Shown piece by piece: positions 1-9,470 of a stretch of DNA of 52,545 nucleotides. The translations under genes and the position numbers were made by a program. The stretch is from IMG/VR virus record IMGVR_UViG_3300031507_000007, positions 1 to 52,545 of that record; one strand, 5' to 3'. The DNA comes from a virus. Position 1 is the stretch's first letter, and every line of letters begins with the position of its first letter. Under the pieces are notes generated by a model. That model did not search any database. It was not told where the DNA came from and saw only the letters and a program-made list of their open reading frames with translations.

Positions 1-127
1 TCATGGTAACCGCGGCGCCAGGCCGCCGCCCGCCGATCCACAACGACGACGGCCGAGATCTTGGAGGCGGTCTGTTGTACGCCGACGACGCCACCGTGAT
101 CCGGGTGAGGTACTCGCAGGCGATCCG
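1..127. repeat. Terminal overlap copy 1, identical to 52419..52545 (circular closure)
   Basis: Compared base by base. The first 127 nt equal the last 127 nt, and a CDS reads through the junction in frame. Confidence 0.9.
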
Positions 128-254
128 GCGCTCCGTAGGCCGCGGCGACCTCATCCCCTGCAACATGGACGGCGTCTCGTGCGCGGTCGCGCTCGCCGCG
201 GCCAAGGACGAGCTCTCCGAGCCCCGGCTCGCGAAGAAGGGAACCCCCAAGTGA
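3..254 (+). CDS. Small tail-module protein, C-terminal part in this linearisation (true ATG at 52400 across the junction, 90 aa in total; Mu gp38-like position)
   Basis: ORF track 3..254. Its frame is continuous with ATG 52400 in the duplicated end. Its stop overlaps the sheath GTG as GTGA. It lies directly upstream of the sheath gene. Confidence 0.5.
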   Translation: MVTAAPGRRPPIHNDDGRDLGGGLLYADDATVIRVRYSQAIRRSVGRGDLIPCNMDGVSCAVALAAAKDELSEPRLAKKGTPK

Positions 255-1720
255 TCAACACCGGCGTACCGAACAGCCTCAACCGGCCCCAGACCTTCCA
301 CACCTTCTCGTTCTTCCGGGCCGGCGGGTCGCTGACCAACGTCCCGCTGCGCATCGCGCTGATCGGCGCGCAGCGCTCGACCGCGACCGCCGCGGTTAAC
401 ACGGTCTCGGACCTCAGCAACAAGTCCACCGATGAAGTCGATGCGCTGTACGGCTCGAGTTCGGAGCTCGCGCTGATGTTCCGCGAGGCGATCGCCTGCG
501 CGAACCTCTTCCAGCGCGGCCCGCGGGTGTTCGCGGTCGGCATCGCAGAGAGCTCGGGCGTCGCCAACGTCCAGACGATCACCGGGACCGGCGCGGCCAC
601 AGCGGACGGCAACATCATCGTTCGCGTCGCCGGCCGCACGGTGATCGTCGGGGTCGCGTCTGGAACCTCGGCGAACAACATCGCAACGGCGATCTCGAAC
701 GAGCTCAAGAAGATCCAGACGACGCTCCCCGTCATCGTCTCGGTGGCGACCAGCGTGGTCACGCTGACCCACGCGACCAAGGGAATCAACGGCGTGGACG
801 TCAAGGTCTCGGTCGACCAGGCTGTGGCCGGCAACACGCAGGCGGTCGCGACCACGGTCGTCGGCACCAACGCGACCGACCACCAGCCGGCGCTCGACGC
901 GCTGTCCCCGCTCCGCTACGACGGCATCGTATTCGCGAACCACGTGGGCGCGGACATCACCGAGATCGCCTCCGACCTGGCGGTCCGCTGGGGCGCGCAG
1001 TCGAAGAACTGGGGCTTCTACTTCGTCGGCGAGATGGGGACGATCGGCACCGCGACCGCGCTCGCCGCCGCCGCCAACGACAAGGCGGTCGTGGTCTCGA
1101 GCTTCGAGGGCTGCCTCAACACCGCCGGAGAGATCGCGACCGCGACCGCGATGCTGGTGTTCTCGCGCGAGCGGCCGAACGCCAGCTATGACGGCGCCGC
1201 GGTCCCGCTGTACCCGCCGCCGGTCGGCACGATCTACACGCCGGGCGAGGTCGAGACCGCGATCGCCGCCGGCCTGACGGCGTTCACGGCTATCGTCGAC
1301 TCGACCGGCTCGGTCACCGCGAACCGAGGGAAGTGCGAGCGGATGGTCACCACCAAGACCACGACCTCGAGCCAGCCGGATGACAAGCTCCGGGACATCG
1401 GCATCCCGCGCGTCTCGGTCGCGCTCGCCATCCAGCTCGACATCGCGACCGCCCAGCGGTTCGGCGCCGAGGCCAACCCGGATGGCGTGTTCCAGACCGA
1501 CGACACCAAGGACCAGGTCAAGGACATGATCTCTTCCATCTGGCGAGCCGAGGCTGCCGCCAATGTCATCAACCCGAAATTCGTCGAGGCCGACATCGCG
1601 CAGACGGTGGTGGAGTTCGACACCGTCACGCTCGGCCGGACGAACAGCGCGCTGTTCTACCACCCGGTCGGGTCGCAGCATCAGATCGCGTTCCAGCACA
1701 ACTCGACGATCGGAGCGTGA
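251..1720 (+). CDS. Contractile tail sheath protein
   Basis: In-frame GTG at 251 forms a GTGA overlap with the upstream stop. About 490 aa, directly upstream of the tube gene. The N-terminus (VPNSLNRPQTFHTFSF...VPLRIALIG...ALYGSSSELALMF) is sheath-like. Confidence 0.8.
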   Translation: MINTGVPNSLNRPQTFHTFSFFRAGGSLTNVPLRIALIGAQRSTATAAVNTVSDLSNKSTDEVDALYGSSSELALMFREAIACANLFQRGPRVFAVGIAESSGVANVQTITGTGAATADGNIIVRVAGRTVIVGVASGTSANNIATAISNELKKIQTTLPVIVSVATSVVTLTHATKGINGVDVKVSVDQAVAGNTQAVATTVVGTNATDHQPALDALSPLRYDGIVFANHVGADITEIASDLAVRWGAQSKNWGFYFVGEMGTIGTATALAAAANDKAVVVSSFEGCLNTAGEIATATAMLVFSRERPNASYDGAAVPLYPPPVGTIYTPGEVETAIAAGLTAFTAIVDSTGSVTANRGKCERMVTTKTTTSSQPDDKLRDIGIPRVSVALAIQLDIATAQRFGAEANPDGVFQTDDTKDQVKDMISSIWRAEAAANVINPKFVEADIAQTVVEFDTVTLGRTNSALFYHPVGSQHQIAFQHNSTIGA

Positions 1721-1723
1721 TCC

Positions 1724-2137
1724 ATGACCGACCAGGTTTCACAGAGCAAGATCTTCATCGACGTGGGCGGCATCGGCGGATCGTCCCGGCTGCTTCAGCA
1801 GATCGAGTCGATGGACGTCAAGGACGGCCGCTCCACCGAGGTCACCGTCACGATCGGCGGCTTCAAGGGATTCAAGCGCAAGGAGGGCGGATTCGAGATC
1901 GACCTCAGCGTCTATCACGAGATCGGGAAGGACCCGGAGGTCAACTGGCGCGCGCTCAAGCGTGCGATCAGGACGTTCACGCTCACCCAACAGGACGAGT
2001 TCTCCGGCATGCGCGAGGCGTTCACCTGCCAGGTGAGCAAGATCGATAGCAAGTCCGACAAGGACGGCATGCATCAGGACACGGTCACGCTGGCGGCGAC
2101 GTACGGGTTCGATGACCTGACGGGCTCGATCCTGTGA
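1724..2137 (+). CDS. Tail tube protein
   Basis: 137 aa lying between the sheath and chaperone genes. High GC3 (G+C at third codon positions). Confidence 0.7.
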   Translation: MTDQVSQSKIFIDVGGIGGSSRLLQQIESMDVKDGRSTEVTVTIGGFKGFKRKEGGFEIDLSVYHEIGKDPEVNWRALKRAIRTFTLTQQDEFSGMREAFTCQVSKIDSKSDKDGMHQDTVTLAATYGFDDLTGSIL

Positions 2138-2724
2138 ATCCGCCAGGCGGGCGCATCGCCGCCGCGAGGACGGCCCAGCCGGCAGCGAAGCCGGAGGGCC
2201 GTTTGGCGCGTCTGCGCGCGACGAACCAGCGCGGCATGTACGTCGTCATGCCGCTGCTCGGCCGCGCCTGGGTCGAACTCGCCGGCGACGCCGAGGTCAC
2301 TCGGATCGAGAGCGCCGTGTTCTCGGAGATGGAGGCGATGCGGCTCGCCCCGGTCCCGATCAACGCGCTCACGTACGACGCTTGCCGGACTCGCCTGACC
2401 CTGGCGAGCAGCGTTCGCGATCCAGACCATCACGAGCTCGCCTTCGACACCGCGGAGGCGTGGGGCGATCTCGACGTCGACATGATCAACGCGTGCGGCA
2501 TCGTGTACAACACGGTCCGCGAGGAGCTCGACCCGATTGGTCTGTCGACGCTGACCGACGTCGACTGCACCGAGATCAGGCTCGCGATCGAAAAAAAAAA
2601 TCCGACTTTGTTACGGTCCTTCGGTATCGCGAAGCTGTCGCTCTACATGCTTTCTACGGCAAGCCAGCGATCGACATCACCGATACCAACGTCCTCGAAT
2701 GGGGAATCGTCACTGGACACATAG
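2134..2724 (+). CDS. Tail assembly chaperone, zero-frame (G-like) product
   Basis: GTG 2134 in a GTGA overlap with the tube stop. Canonical position between the tube and tape-measure genes. Contains the A10 run. Confidence 0.6.
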   Translation: MNPPGGRIAAARTAQPAAKPEGRLARLRATNQRGMYVVMPLLGRAWVELAGDAEVTRIESAVFSEMEAMRLAPVPINALTYDACRTRLTLASSVRDPDHHELAFDTAEAWGDLDVDMINACGIVYNTVREELDPIGLSTLTDVDCTEIRLAIEKKNPTLLRSFGIAKLSLYMLSTASQRSTSPIPTSSNGESSLDT

Positions 2725-2834
2725 CGACGGTGGCCGACCAGCAGCAGCGCAAGCTCGCTGAGCGCGGCGGCCCGGTCCCCGCCGGAGCACGCCGCATCGT
2801 CAACGCGGCATTCAACCCGAGAGGTGCCACGTGA
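2134..2834 (+). CDS. Tail assembly chaperone, -1 frameshift-extended (GT-like) product
   Basis: The -1 frame after the A10 run reads KKKSDFVTVLRYREAVALHAFYGKP... Its stop (2832..2834) forms a GTGA overlap with the tape-measure start at 2831. Confidence 0.5.
2591..2600 (+). promoter_or_regulatory. A10 slippery run, candidate -1 programmed frameshift site
   Basis: Ten consecutive A in a G+C-rich genome. Zero frame reads GAA AAA AAA AAT. The -1 frame stays open from here to 2834. Confidence 0.55.
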
Positions 2835-4606
2835 GCGCGAACAAGGCCGAGATCGAGATCACCGCGAGCACGGCGCGTCTGCCGGCGGCGCTGCGCACGG
2901 CGATGAAGATGATGCAGGGGTTCGTGGCTTCCACGACGGGGCTGCTCTCGAAGTCGTCGAAGAAGAAAGACATCGACGAGCTGGGCATCGCAAAGGGGGC
3001 GGCAATCGGGGGGATCGCGTCATCGTTCGCGGTCCGCGGCATCGACAAGATGCTCGACCAGGTCGGAGATGTCCTGAAGTTCAACGAGGCCCTTACCAGG
3101 TTCGGCATCGCGACTCGCATTGGCGGGCACGAGTTGGCCAACCTGGGGCAATCCGCGCGAGAGGCCAGCACGGCCACCGGAATCAACGCGCTCGAGGTGC
3201 TGCGCGGCGAGCGCGCGTACGTCGACCTCGCCGGCGCGAGCAAGGCGTCTGCGCAGAGCATGCGCCTGATCGCCGCCGCCTCGCAGGCCACCGGCGCCGA
3301 CGTCTCCGACATGGCAACCGTGATGTATTCGCTCGAGAACGCGCTCCACGTCTCCGGCCCGGAGATGGAATACGTGATGGGCGGGATCGTCAACCAGTCC
3401 AAGGACGGCACGGTCCACTTCCAGCAGATGGCGCAGGAGATCATCGCGCTCGCTCCGATCTATGCGCGCTTCGGGCGCACCGGCCGCGAGGGCGCGAACG
3501 AACTCGGCGCCCAGCTACAGATCGTCCGGTCCGGCTTCAAGGACAGCGCCGAGGCCGCCGTGGGCCTGAAGAACATGTGGCGAAACCTGCAGCTGCACAG
3601 CGACAAGTTCGAGAAAGCCGGCGTCAAGATCTTTGACGTCGACAAGGATGGCCACAAGAAGCTGCGCAACGTCGCCGTGATCCTCAAGGACATCAGCAAG
3701 AGCAAGCTCGACTTCGACCCGCACGCGCTGATGAAGGCGTTCGGCCGCGGAGAGTCCGAGCGCGCGTTCCGCCTGCTCGAGGAGCAGGTCGACAAGTACC
3801 GCGAGCTCGAGGAGCTGGGCATGCGCAACGGGGTCATCCAGCAGGACCTCGCAACCTACACCGAGTCCGCGAGCGGTCGCATGGCGGTCGCGTTCGAGAA
3901 GATGAAGGTCGCGTTCGCCGAGGCGCTGACCCCGGAGCGACTCGAGCAGATCGTCCAGGGCATCGAGAGCCTGACCGAGGCGATGGGGCCGCTGATGGAC
4001 ATCACCGGCAAGATCGCGGACGGGTTCGGCATGATCTATAACGCCGGCAAGAAAGCCCGGAAGCTGATCAGCGGCGGCAGCGAGTACCAGACGAGCGTGG
4101 AGGAGCGTGCGATCATGGGGCTGCCCGACCGCAGATTCATGCATGGCCTGCCGATCACTCCAGATGAACAGCGCCGGGCAGATCAGACCAAGTCTCGGAT
4201 CGATGCCTACAACCGAACGATCGGCGGGATCCTCGGAAGCGAGAAGAATGACCGGCCGACCGATGAGTCGATCCGCAAAGCGATCGTGGCGGCCCGCACG
4301 GATATGACGGGCGGGCCAGACGCAGCCCACACCCCGGAGGAGATCTCGGCGGGCAAGGCCGGCCGAGCATACCTGGCCGAGAGATCCGACTCGATCCCAG
4401 AGTCCAAGTACAAGCGGATCGAGGCCAAGATCCTAGCAGAGCAGGACTCCGCCCAGCTTCAATCGAGGCTGGGTCCGCTGATCGACAAGATGGGCAAGAC
4501 CATCTCCGACGCCATCGACCGCGCTCGCGCTCCTGTGGTCCATGTGGATGGTAACCCGATCGCAAGAGCGGCCAACAACGCGTGGCACAAGCGGCGTAAA
4601 CCGTAG
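2831..4606 (+). CDS. Tail tape measure protein
   Basis: 591 aa, helical, Ala/Leu/Glu-rich. Canonical position after the chaperone pair. Confidence 0.8.
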   Translation: MSANKAEIEITASTARLPAALRTAMKMMQGFVASTTGLLSKSSKKKDIDELGIAKGAAIGGIASSFAVRGIDKMLDQVGDVLKFNEALTRFGIATRIGGHELANLGQSAREASTATGINALEVLRGERAYVDLAGASKASAQSMRLIAAASQATGADVSDMATVMYSLENALHVSGPEMEYVMGGIVNQSKDGTVHFQQMAQEIIALAPIYARFGRTGREGANELGAQLQIVRSGFKDSAEAAVGLKNMWRNLQLHSDKFEKAGVKIFDVDKDGHKKLRNVAVILKDISKSKLDFDPHALMKAFGRGESERAFRLLEEQVDKYRELEELGMRNGVIQQDLATYTESASGRMAVAFEKMKVAFAEALTPERLEQIVQGIESLTEAMGPLMDITGKIADGFGMIYNAGKKARKLISGGSEYQTSVEERAIMGLPDRRFMHGLPITPDEQRRADQTKSRIDAYNRTIGGILGSEKNDRPTDESIRKAIVAARTDMTGGPDAAHTPEEISAGKAGRAYLAERSDSIPESKYKRIEAKILAEQDSAQLQSRLGPLIDKMGKTISDAIDRARAPVVHVDGNPIARAANNAWHKRRKP

Positions 4607-4608
4607 CC

Positions 4609-5589
4609 ATGGCCACCGAGCTCTATCTCGCCAGCTGGGGATCGATTCAGCTGTTCTGCACCGAACTCGAGATCGACATCTCGCGCACCAAGGTGGTGCA
4701 TGACCTGACCTCCGGCGACGTTCACCCGGTCCAAGACCGCGGGCTTCATGCTCGCCGCGCGAAGGGCAAGATCGTATTCGACGACTTCGGCCCCAACTTC
4801 CCGGCTCCGGTCGATGCGGCCCGGGCCATGCGGGATGCGGTCGCCAGCGGGGCCTCGGCGATGTTCACCCATCCCCTGGTCGGCAGCTACTCTGCCGGGG
4901 TCGGAGACTTTCAGCTCCGCATCGATGAGAGCAGCAACCTGTCCGCGGATGTCGAGTTCATCCCCGACGATGACGCCCCGCCGATCGCCCCGGCCGGGGC
5001 CGCATCGTCGGCCGCTTCCGGCGAGCAGGCGGTGGGCGTAGCTGCCGACGACTTCGACACCGAGACCCACAAGGTCATGACCGATGCGGAGATCCGGGCG
5101 GTCCTTGAGGCCGACGACGGAAAGGGCGGAACGATCTCGGTCGCCGACGACGCGCGCCAGTCCTCCGCCTCGTGGAAGCCGGGCGACGACGGCACGCCGA
5201 CGCCGCTGCGCGAAGTCCTGATCGACGTCACGCGGATCTCCGCCAAAATCGCCTTCGCGATCGAGGCCGGCGGGTTCGAGAATGACCTCGCGCTCTGGGC
5301 TGCATTCCGATCGGCGATCATGCTCGGCCAGTCGATCCGCGCCGCGGCAAGTTCGGCAACTTCGGAGACCCCTTCGACGTTCGTCATGCGAGTCACCGAG
5401 CCCACCGCGCTGCTGCCGATCTGCGCGCGGGTCTACGGAGGCGACGACGCGACCGACAAGGCTCGTCAGGTCGCGCAGCTCAACGACATCAGCACGCCGG
5501 GATGGCTGGCCCCGGGAGACTACACCTTCCCCGCCAAGTCGGCGGCGCAGCGCGGCCCGCTCTCCAAGGTCAAAGGGTTCTTCTTCTGA
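4609..5589 (+). CDS. Baseplate/tail protein, Mu gp43 (DNA circulation N-terminal domain)-like, with a LysM-like C-terminus
   Basis: N-terminus LYLASWGSIQLF...VVHDL..GDVHPVQDRG resembles the DNA_circ_N pattern as I remember it. Position directly after the tape measure. Confidence 0.55.
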   Translation: MATELYLASWGSIQLFCTELEIDISRTKVVHDLTSGDVHPVQDRGLHARRAKGKIVFDDFGPNFPAPVDAARAMRDAVASGASAMFTHPLVGSYSAGVGDFQLRIDESSNLSADVEFIPDDDAPPIAPAGAASSAASGEQAVGVAADDFDTETHKVMTDAEIRAVLEADDGKGGTISVADDARQSSASWKPGDDGTPTPLREVLIDVTRISAKIAFAIEAGGFENDLALWAAFRSAIMLGQSIRAAASSATSETPSTFVMRVTEPTALLPICARVYGGDDATDKARQVAQLNDISTPGWLAPGDYTFPAKSAAQRGPLSKVKGFFF

Positions 5590-6731
5590 TGCCGGCGTCA
5601 TCTCACGTCGTGACCGTGGTCGTGAACGGCCAGCAGATCGGCGGCTGGTCCGAGTACCACATCGAGTCGAGCATCATCACGCCGGCCGACTCGTTCCAGA
5701 TGCACCGACCGTTCTCGGCGGACGCATGGCTCGCGCTCCGCCGCGACTCGGATATCCGGGTCGCCATCGACGGCACGACGATCCTGCGCGGCTTCATCGA
5801 CAAGCGCGTGCGCAAAGCGCGCGAGGGCGTCATCGAGATCTCCGGCCGGGACCGCGCCGGCCGCATGGTCGACGAGAGCGCCCCGCAGATCGACTACAGC
5901 GGAATGCGGACGATCGATGCCGTCAAGCGGCTCGCGTCGCCCTGGTTCGACGTGGTGACGCTCAGCGACGCGAAGAACCGCATCCTACGCCGCGGCAAGG
6001 GCCGTCGGGTGGCGTCCGGCAGCGAGCCGGTGGTGACGATCGGGATCCGGACGCCGCGCCACGGCACCGTGCACCCGGGGATGTCGCGATGGCAGGTCAT
6101 CCACGAGATCGCGTCGCGCGAGAACCTGATGGCGTGGTCCACTGCGGACGGCGAGGAGCTGTTCATCGGCCTGCCCAACGATCGCCAAGCCCCTCAATAC
6201 CTGTTCGCTCACGCCGCGCCGGGCTCGTCGCTGCGCGGCACTATGACCGACCTGGTAATCACCGAGGACGACGGCGATCGATTCAGCCTGATCATGGTGG
6301 CCGGCTCGGGCGGCCAGAGCGATACCAACTACGGCGAGAACGTCTCGGACAACCGGGGCCGGGTGTTCGACAGCCCGTTCAACAAGATCGACGGCACCGG
6401 CCGCGACTTCATCCACCCGAAGCGGATGTTCATGCCGGAACGCGACTTCGCCAGCTTCGGCGACGCCCAGCGGGTCGCCGAGAACGAGCAGGCGCGCCGC
6501 GACTTCCACCGCCACAGCGTCCGCGTCGATGCTCCGCTGCACGGCCAGTTCCTCGGAACCGCGTGCACGCTGTTCGCGCCGAACTGCGTAGGCCGAGTGA
6601 TCGACGAGGAGCAGACGCCGAAGCTCGACGACAACTACCTGATCGTCTCGTGCTCGTACAACTCCACCCATGACCAGGGCGAGAGCACCTCGATGCACAT
6701 GGTGCCCGTCGGAACGAGGATCATCCTGTGA
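5589..6731 (+). CDS. Baseplate hub protein (Mu gp44 / P2 gpD-like)
   Basis: ATG 5589 shares 1 nt with the upstream TGA. About 380 aa. Synteny with Mu gp44. Confidence 0.65.
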   Translation: MPASSHVVTVVVNGQQIGGWSEYHIESSIITPADSFQMHRPFSADAWLALRRDSDIRVAIDGTTILRGFIDKRVRKAREGVIEISGRDRAGRMVDESAPQIDYSGMRTIDAVKRLASPWFDVVTLSDAKNRILRRGKGRRVASGSEPVVTIGIRTPRHGTVHPGMSRWQVIHEIASRENLMAWSTADGEELFIGLPNDRQAPQYLFAHAAPGSSLRGTMTDLVITEDDGDRFSLIMVAGSGGQSDTNYGENVSDNRGRVFDSPFNKIDGTGRDFIHPKRMFMPERDFASFGDAQRVAENEQARRDFHRHSVRVDAPLHGQFLGTACTLFAPNCVGRVIDEEQTPKLDDNYLIVSCSYNSTHDQGESTSMHMVPVGTRIIL

Positions 6732-7288
6732 GCGCAACCGACGACGACGTCCGAGCGCGGCGCGACGCGACCTCGCCGGAGACCCGGCGGTGGGCCGGGC
6801 TCGCCCGCCGGATGGTAGCGAAGCTGACCCGCGGCCCGACCTGGCAGGTGCTGGGCCACCTGCTCCTCGAGAACAACCGCGAGACCGTGCAGGCAGAGAA
6901 CTTCTCGGGGATCGGGTTCTTCGCGCGCCCCAAGGCGAGCCACCGGTCCGAGGCCGTGGTGATCTACCCCGGCGGCGCCGCCAACCCGATCATCGTGGCG
7001 ACCCGCGACGAGGACGCGCGCAGGGCGATCGCCGATCTCGGCGAGGACGAGACCGCGGCCTTCAACAGCGCCACGATCGTACTGATCAAGGGCAACACGG
7101 TGGAGATCCGGCTTGCCGGCGGGACCGCGCTCAAGCTGCCGACCCTGGCCGACTACAATGCGCTACGCGCCGCCTTCAACGCCCACGTTCACCTGGAGAC
7201 CGGGGCGACCACGAACGCGCCCACGGCGGTCCCCAGCGTGATCCCAGTACCTGCGCCGACCGGGACCGTCGTTCTCAAAGCCCAGTGA
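6728..7288 (+). CDS. Baseplate spike / assembly protein V-like (Mu gp45-like)
   Basis: GTG start in a GTGA overlap. 186 aa. Synteny after the hub gene. Confidence 0.6.
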   Translation: MSATDDDVRARRDATSPETRRWAGLARRMVAKLTRGPTWQVLGHLLLENNRETVQAENFSGIGFFARPKASHRSEAVVIYPGGAANPIIVATRDEDARRAIADLGEDETAAFNSATIVLIKGNTVEIRLAGGTALKLPTLADYNALRAAFNAHVHLETGATTNAPTAVPSVIPVPAPTGTVVLKAQ

Positions 7289-7319
7289 CCGCCGCCGGGC
7301 GATCTGGTAACCCGGCCGC

Positions 7320-8963
7320 GTGACCAACTTTCTACGCGATCTGGTGGCGCTTCCGTTTCCGGTCACCGACCTCAACCCGATCCCGGTGGGCGAGGACGCG
7401 ACCAAGTATATGGACGCGTCGAAGTACAACGCGATCTGCCAGGCGGCCGTGGACCTGCGCGGCTGGGCACTGACCGGCTTGACGCCGGGTACCTACACCA
7501 ACGTCACCCTGATCGTCGACGCGGACGGCCGCATCACCAGCGCGGCTGCCGGATCCGCAGGTGTTCCGACTTCGCGCACGCTCACCGCGACCGCACCGAT
7601 CCGGATCGACGGTGGCGGCAGCTCTGACCTGTCGGCGAACCGCACGCTGTCGCTCGCCAACACCGCGGTCACGCCGGGCAGCTACACGTTCACGTCGCTA
7701 ACCGTCGACGCCCAGGGTCGAATCACCGCGGCCAGCAACGGCTCGTTCGCGGCGATCGCGACCAGCGGTAGCGCCTCCGATCTGACGCTCGGCACTGTGC
7801 CGGCTGCGCGCATGCCCGCACTGACCGGTGACGTCACGACCAGCGCGGGAGCCGTGGCAACGACGATCGGCGCGAACAAGGTCACGGTCGGGATGATGGC
7901 GCAGGCCGCGACGCTGACCCTGCTCGGTAACAACACCGGCGGGACCGCGAATATCTCGGCGCTCACCGTCTCGCAGATCACGTCCATGCTCGGCATCTCC
8001 GCCGGGAGCTTCGGCCTCTTCGGGTCTGGCCTGGATGGGGCCGTGGTCATGGACGGGGTCGCATCGATTCCGGGCACCACGCTCGCCGCCAACGTCTACA
8101 AAGCGACCCGCGAACTTCACCTCACGAACCTGACCATCAACGCGACGGTATCGTTCAAGCCCGATGGCTACTCGGTGTTCGTCAAGGGCACGCTCACCAA
8201 CAACGGAACATACGACTGCAGGGGTACGGCTGCAGCTGGTCAGGCGGCCGGCAACGGGCTGTGGACTGGTTCTCGATCGCTGCCCCTTCCCCCCGGGGGC
8301 AGCGGAGGGGCCGGCGGGGTGAGCCCCGGCAACGACGGAACCGCGGGGGTCACCCAAACCAACGGCATTAGGATCGCCTCGACCGCAACCGTGTTGGGAG
8401 GCACGACCGGAAACGTGGGCAACGCCGGAGGCCAGTGCGCGGGCGGAAGCGGAGGCGGCGGAGGACTGGGCCTCGGGTCATTCGGTGGAGACGGGGGTAG
8501 GTTCAGCTCGCTTGCGTCCGGTCTCAACGGCGACTTCGCCAACTTCTTGTCTGCCACGCAGGGTCGCCCCTACCTGACCACCACCATGTTCGTGGCGGGG
8601 TGCGGCGGCGGCGGCGGCGGCTGCGGCGGCGGCACGACGGGCGGACAGGGCGGCGGCGGTGGCTCTGCCGCCGGATGGTCCGTGCTGTACGCCTTCGCCT
8701 TCGCCGGATCGGGAACGTACACCGCCAAGGGCGGCGCCGGGGCGAACGGAACCGCAGGGGTGACCAACGGTGGTGGTGGTGGTGGTGGTGCGGGCGGGGC
8801 CGGCGGCATCTTTGTGTTGGTCACCGCATCTCAATCGCCGCCCACCGTTGACGTGTCCGGCGGGGCGGCCGGAACCGGGGCGGCCGGGGCGGGAACGGCA
8901 AGCGGAAACCCTGGCGCAACGGGCGGCGCAGGCGGCGTCGGTATCCTGCTTACGTTCAACTGA
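7320..8963 (+). CDS. Tail fibre-like protein with fibre repeats and a Gly-rich C-terminal half
   Basis: Two repeats: TPGTYTNVTLIVDADGRITSAAAG and TPGSYTFTSLTVDAQGRITAASNG. C-terminal half has poly-Gly runs such as CGGGGGGCGGG and NGGGGGGGAGGAGG. Confidence 0.6.
   Translation: MTNFLRDLVALPFPVTDLNPIPVGEDATKYMDASKYNAICQAAVDLRGWALTGLTPGTYTNVTLIVDADGRITSAAAGSAGVPTSRTLTATAPIRIDGGGSSDLSANRTLSLANTAVTPGSYTFTSLTVDAQGRITAASNGSFAAIATSGSASDLTLGTVPAARMPALTGDVTTSAGAVATTIGANKVTVGMMAQAATLTLLGNNTGGTANISALTVSQITSMLGISAGSFGLFGSGLDGAVVMDGVASIPGTTLAANVYKATRELHLTNLTINATVSFKPDGYSVFVKGTLTNNGTYDCRGTAAAGQAAGNGLWTGSRSLPLPPGGSGGAGGVSPGNDGTAGVTQTNGIRIASTATVLGGTTGNVGNAGGQCAGGSGGGGGLGLGSFGGDGGRFSSLASGLNGDFANFLSATQGRPYLTTTMFVAGCGGGGGGCGGGTTGGQGGGGGSAAGWSVLYAFAFAGSGTYTAKGGAGANGTAGVTNGGGGGGGAGGAGGIFVLVTASQSPPTVDVSGGAAGTGAAGAGTASGNPGATGGAGGVGILLTFN
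8604..8633 (+). repeat. (GGC)6-TGC-(GGC)3 trinucleotide run inside the fibre gene
   Basis: Read directly. Encodes GGGGGGCGGG. Confidence 0.85.
8769..8789 (+). repeat. (GGT)7 microsatellite inside the fibre gene
   Basis: Read directly. Encodes seven Gly. GGT is not the Gly codon used in most of the surrounding genes (GGC predominates). Confidence 0.85.
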
Positions 8964-8970
8964 GGACGCC

Positions 8971-9468
8971 ATGAGCTTCTTCGCCTCCCCATTCTCCTCT
9001 CCGTTCGGATCCGGGTTCATCTTCGCGCCGATCACGCGCGCCGAGGCGCTGCAGCAGAACCCCGCCGGCGAGATCCCCGGTGCCTTCGACATGATGCTCG
9101 ACCCGGTCTCGCTCGACTTCGTGCGCACCGACGGCGGCGAATGGGCCGAGACCGCGGACTCGCGCGCGACCGTGATGATCATGCTCGAGCTCGAGCTCGG
9201 CGCCAGCCCGTTCGACCCGGGCGACGGAACCCGCCTGCGCGCGCTGCGCCGCGTGGGCGACCCGATCACCCCGGAGGTCATCCAGTCCGACGTACTGCGC
9301 GCCGGCGGTGTGCTGGTCGCGGACGGCGTAATCTCGGACCTCTCGGTCGACGTCCGCGACACCGCCGGAGATGCCCTGGTCGATGAGTCCGGTCGCGGCG
9401 CAGTCCAGCTTCACTGGCGCGACCTCGCTTCGGGATCCCCCGTCGACGCGTCGTTCTCACCGAGGTAG
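8971..9468 (+). CDS. Baseplate wedge protein, Mu gp46-like
   Basis: ATG 8971 within ORF 8770..9468. 165 aa. Synteny directly upstream of the J-like gene. Confidence 0.55.
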   Translation: MSFFASPFSSPFGSGFIFAPITRAEALQQNPAGEIPGAFDMMLDPVSLDFVRTDGGEWAETADSRATVMIMLELELGASPFDPGDGTRLRALRRVGDPITPEVIQSDVLRAGGVLVADGVISDLSVDVRDTAGDALVDESGRGAVQLHWRDLASGSPVDASFSPR

Positions 9469-9470
9469 CC

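Noticed and set aside
1-127. Biological direct terminal repeat of the virion DNA
   Set aside because: The exact 127-nt length matches an assembler k-mer and the overlap bisects a CDS, so an assembly closure artefact is more likely. This cannot be fully excluded without read data.
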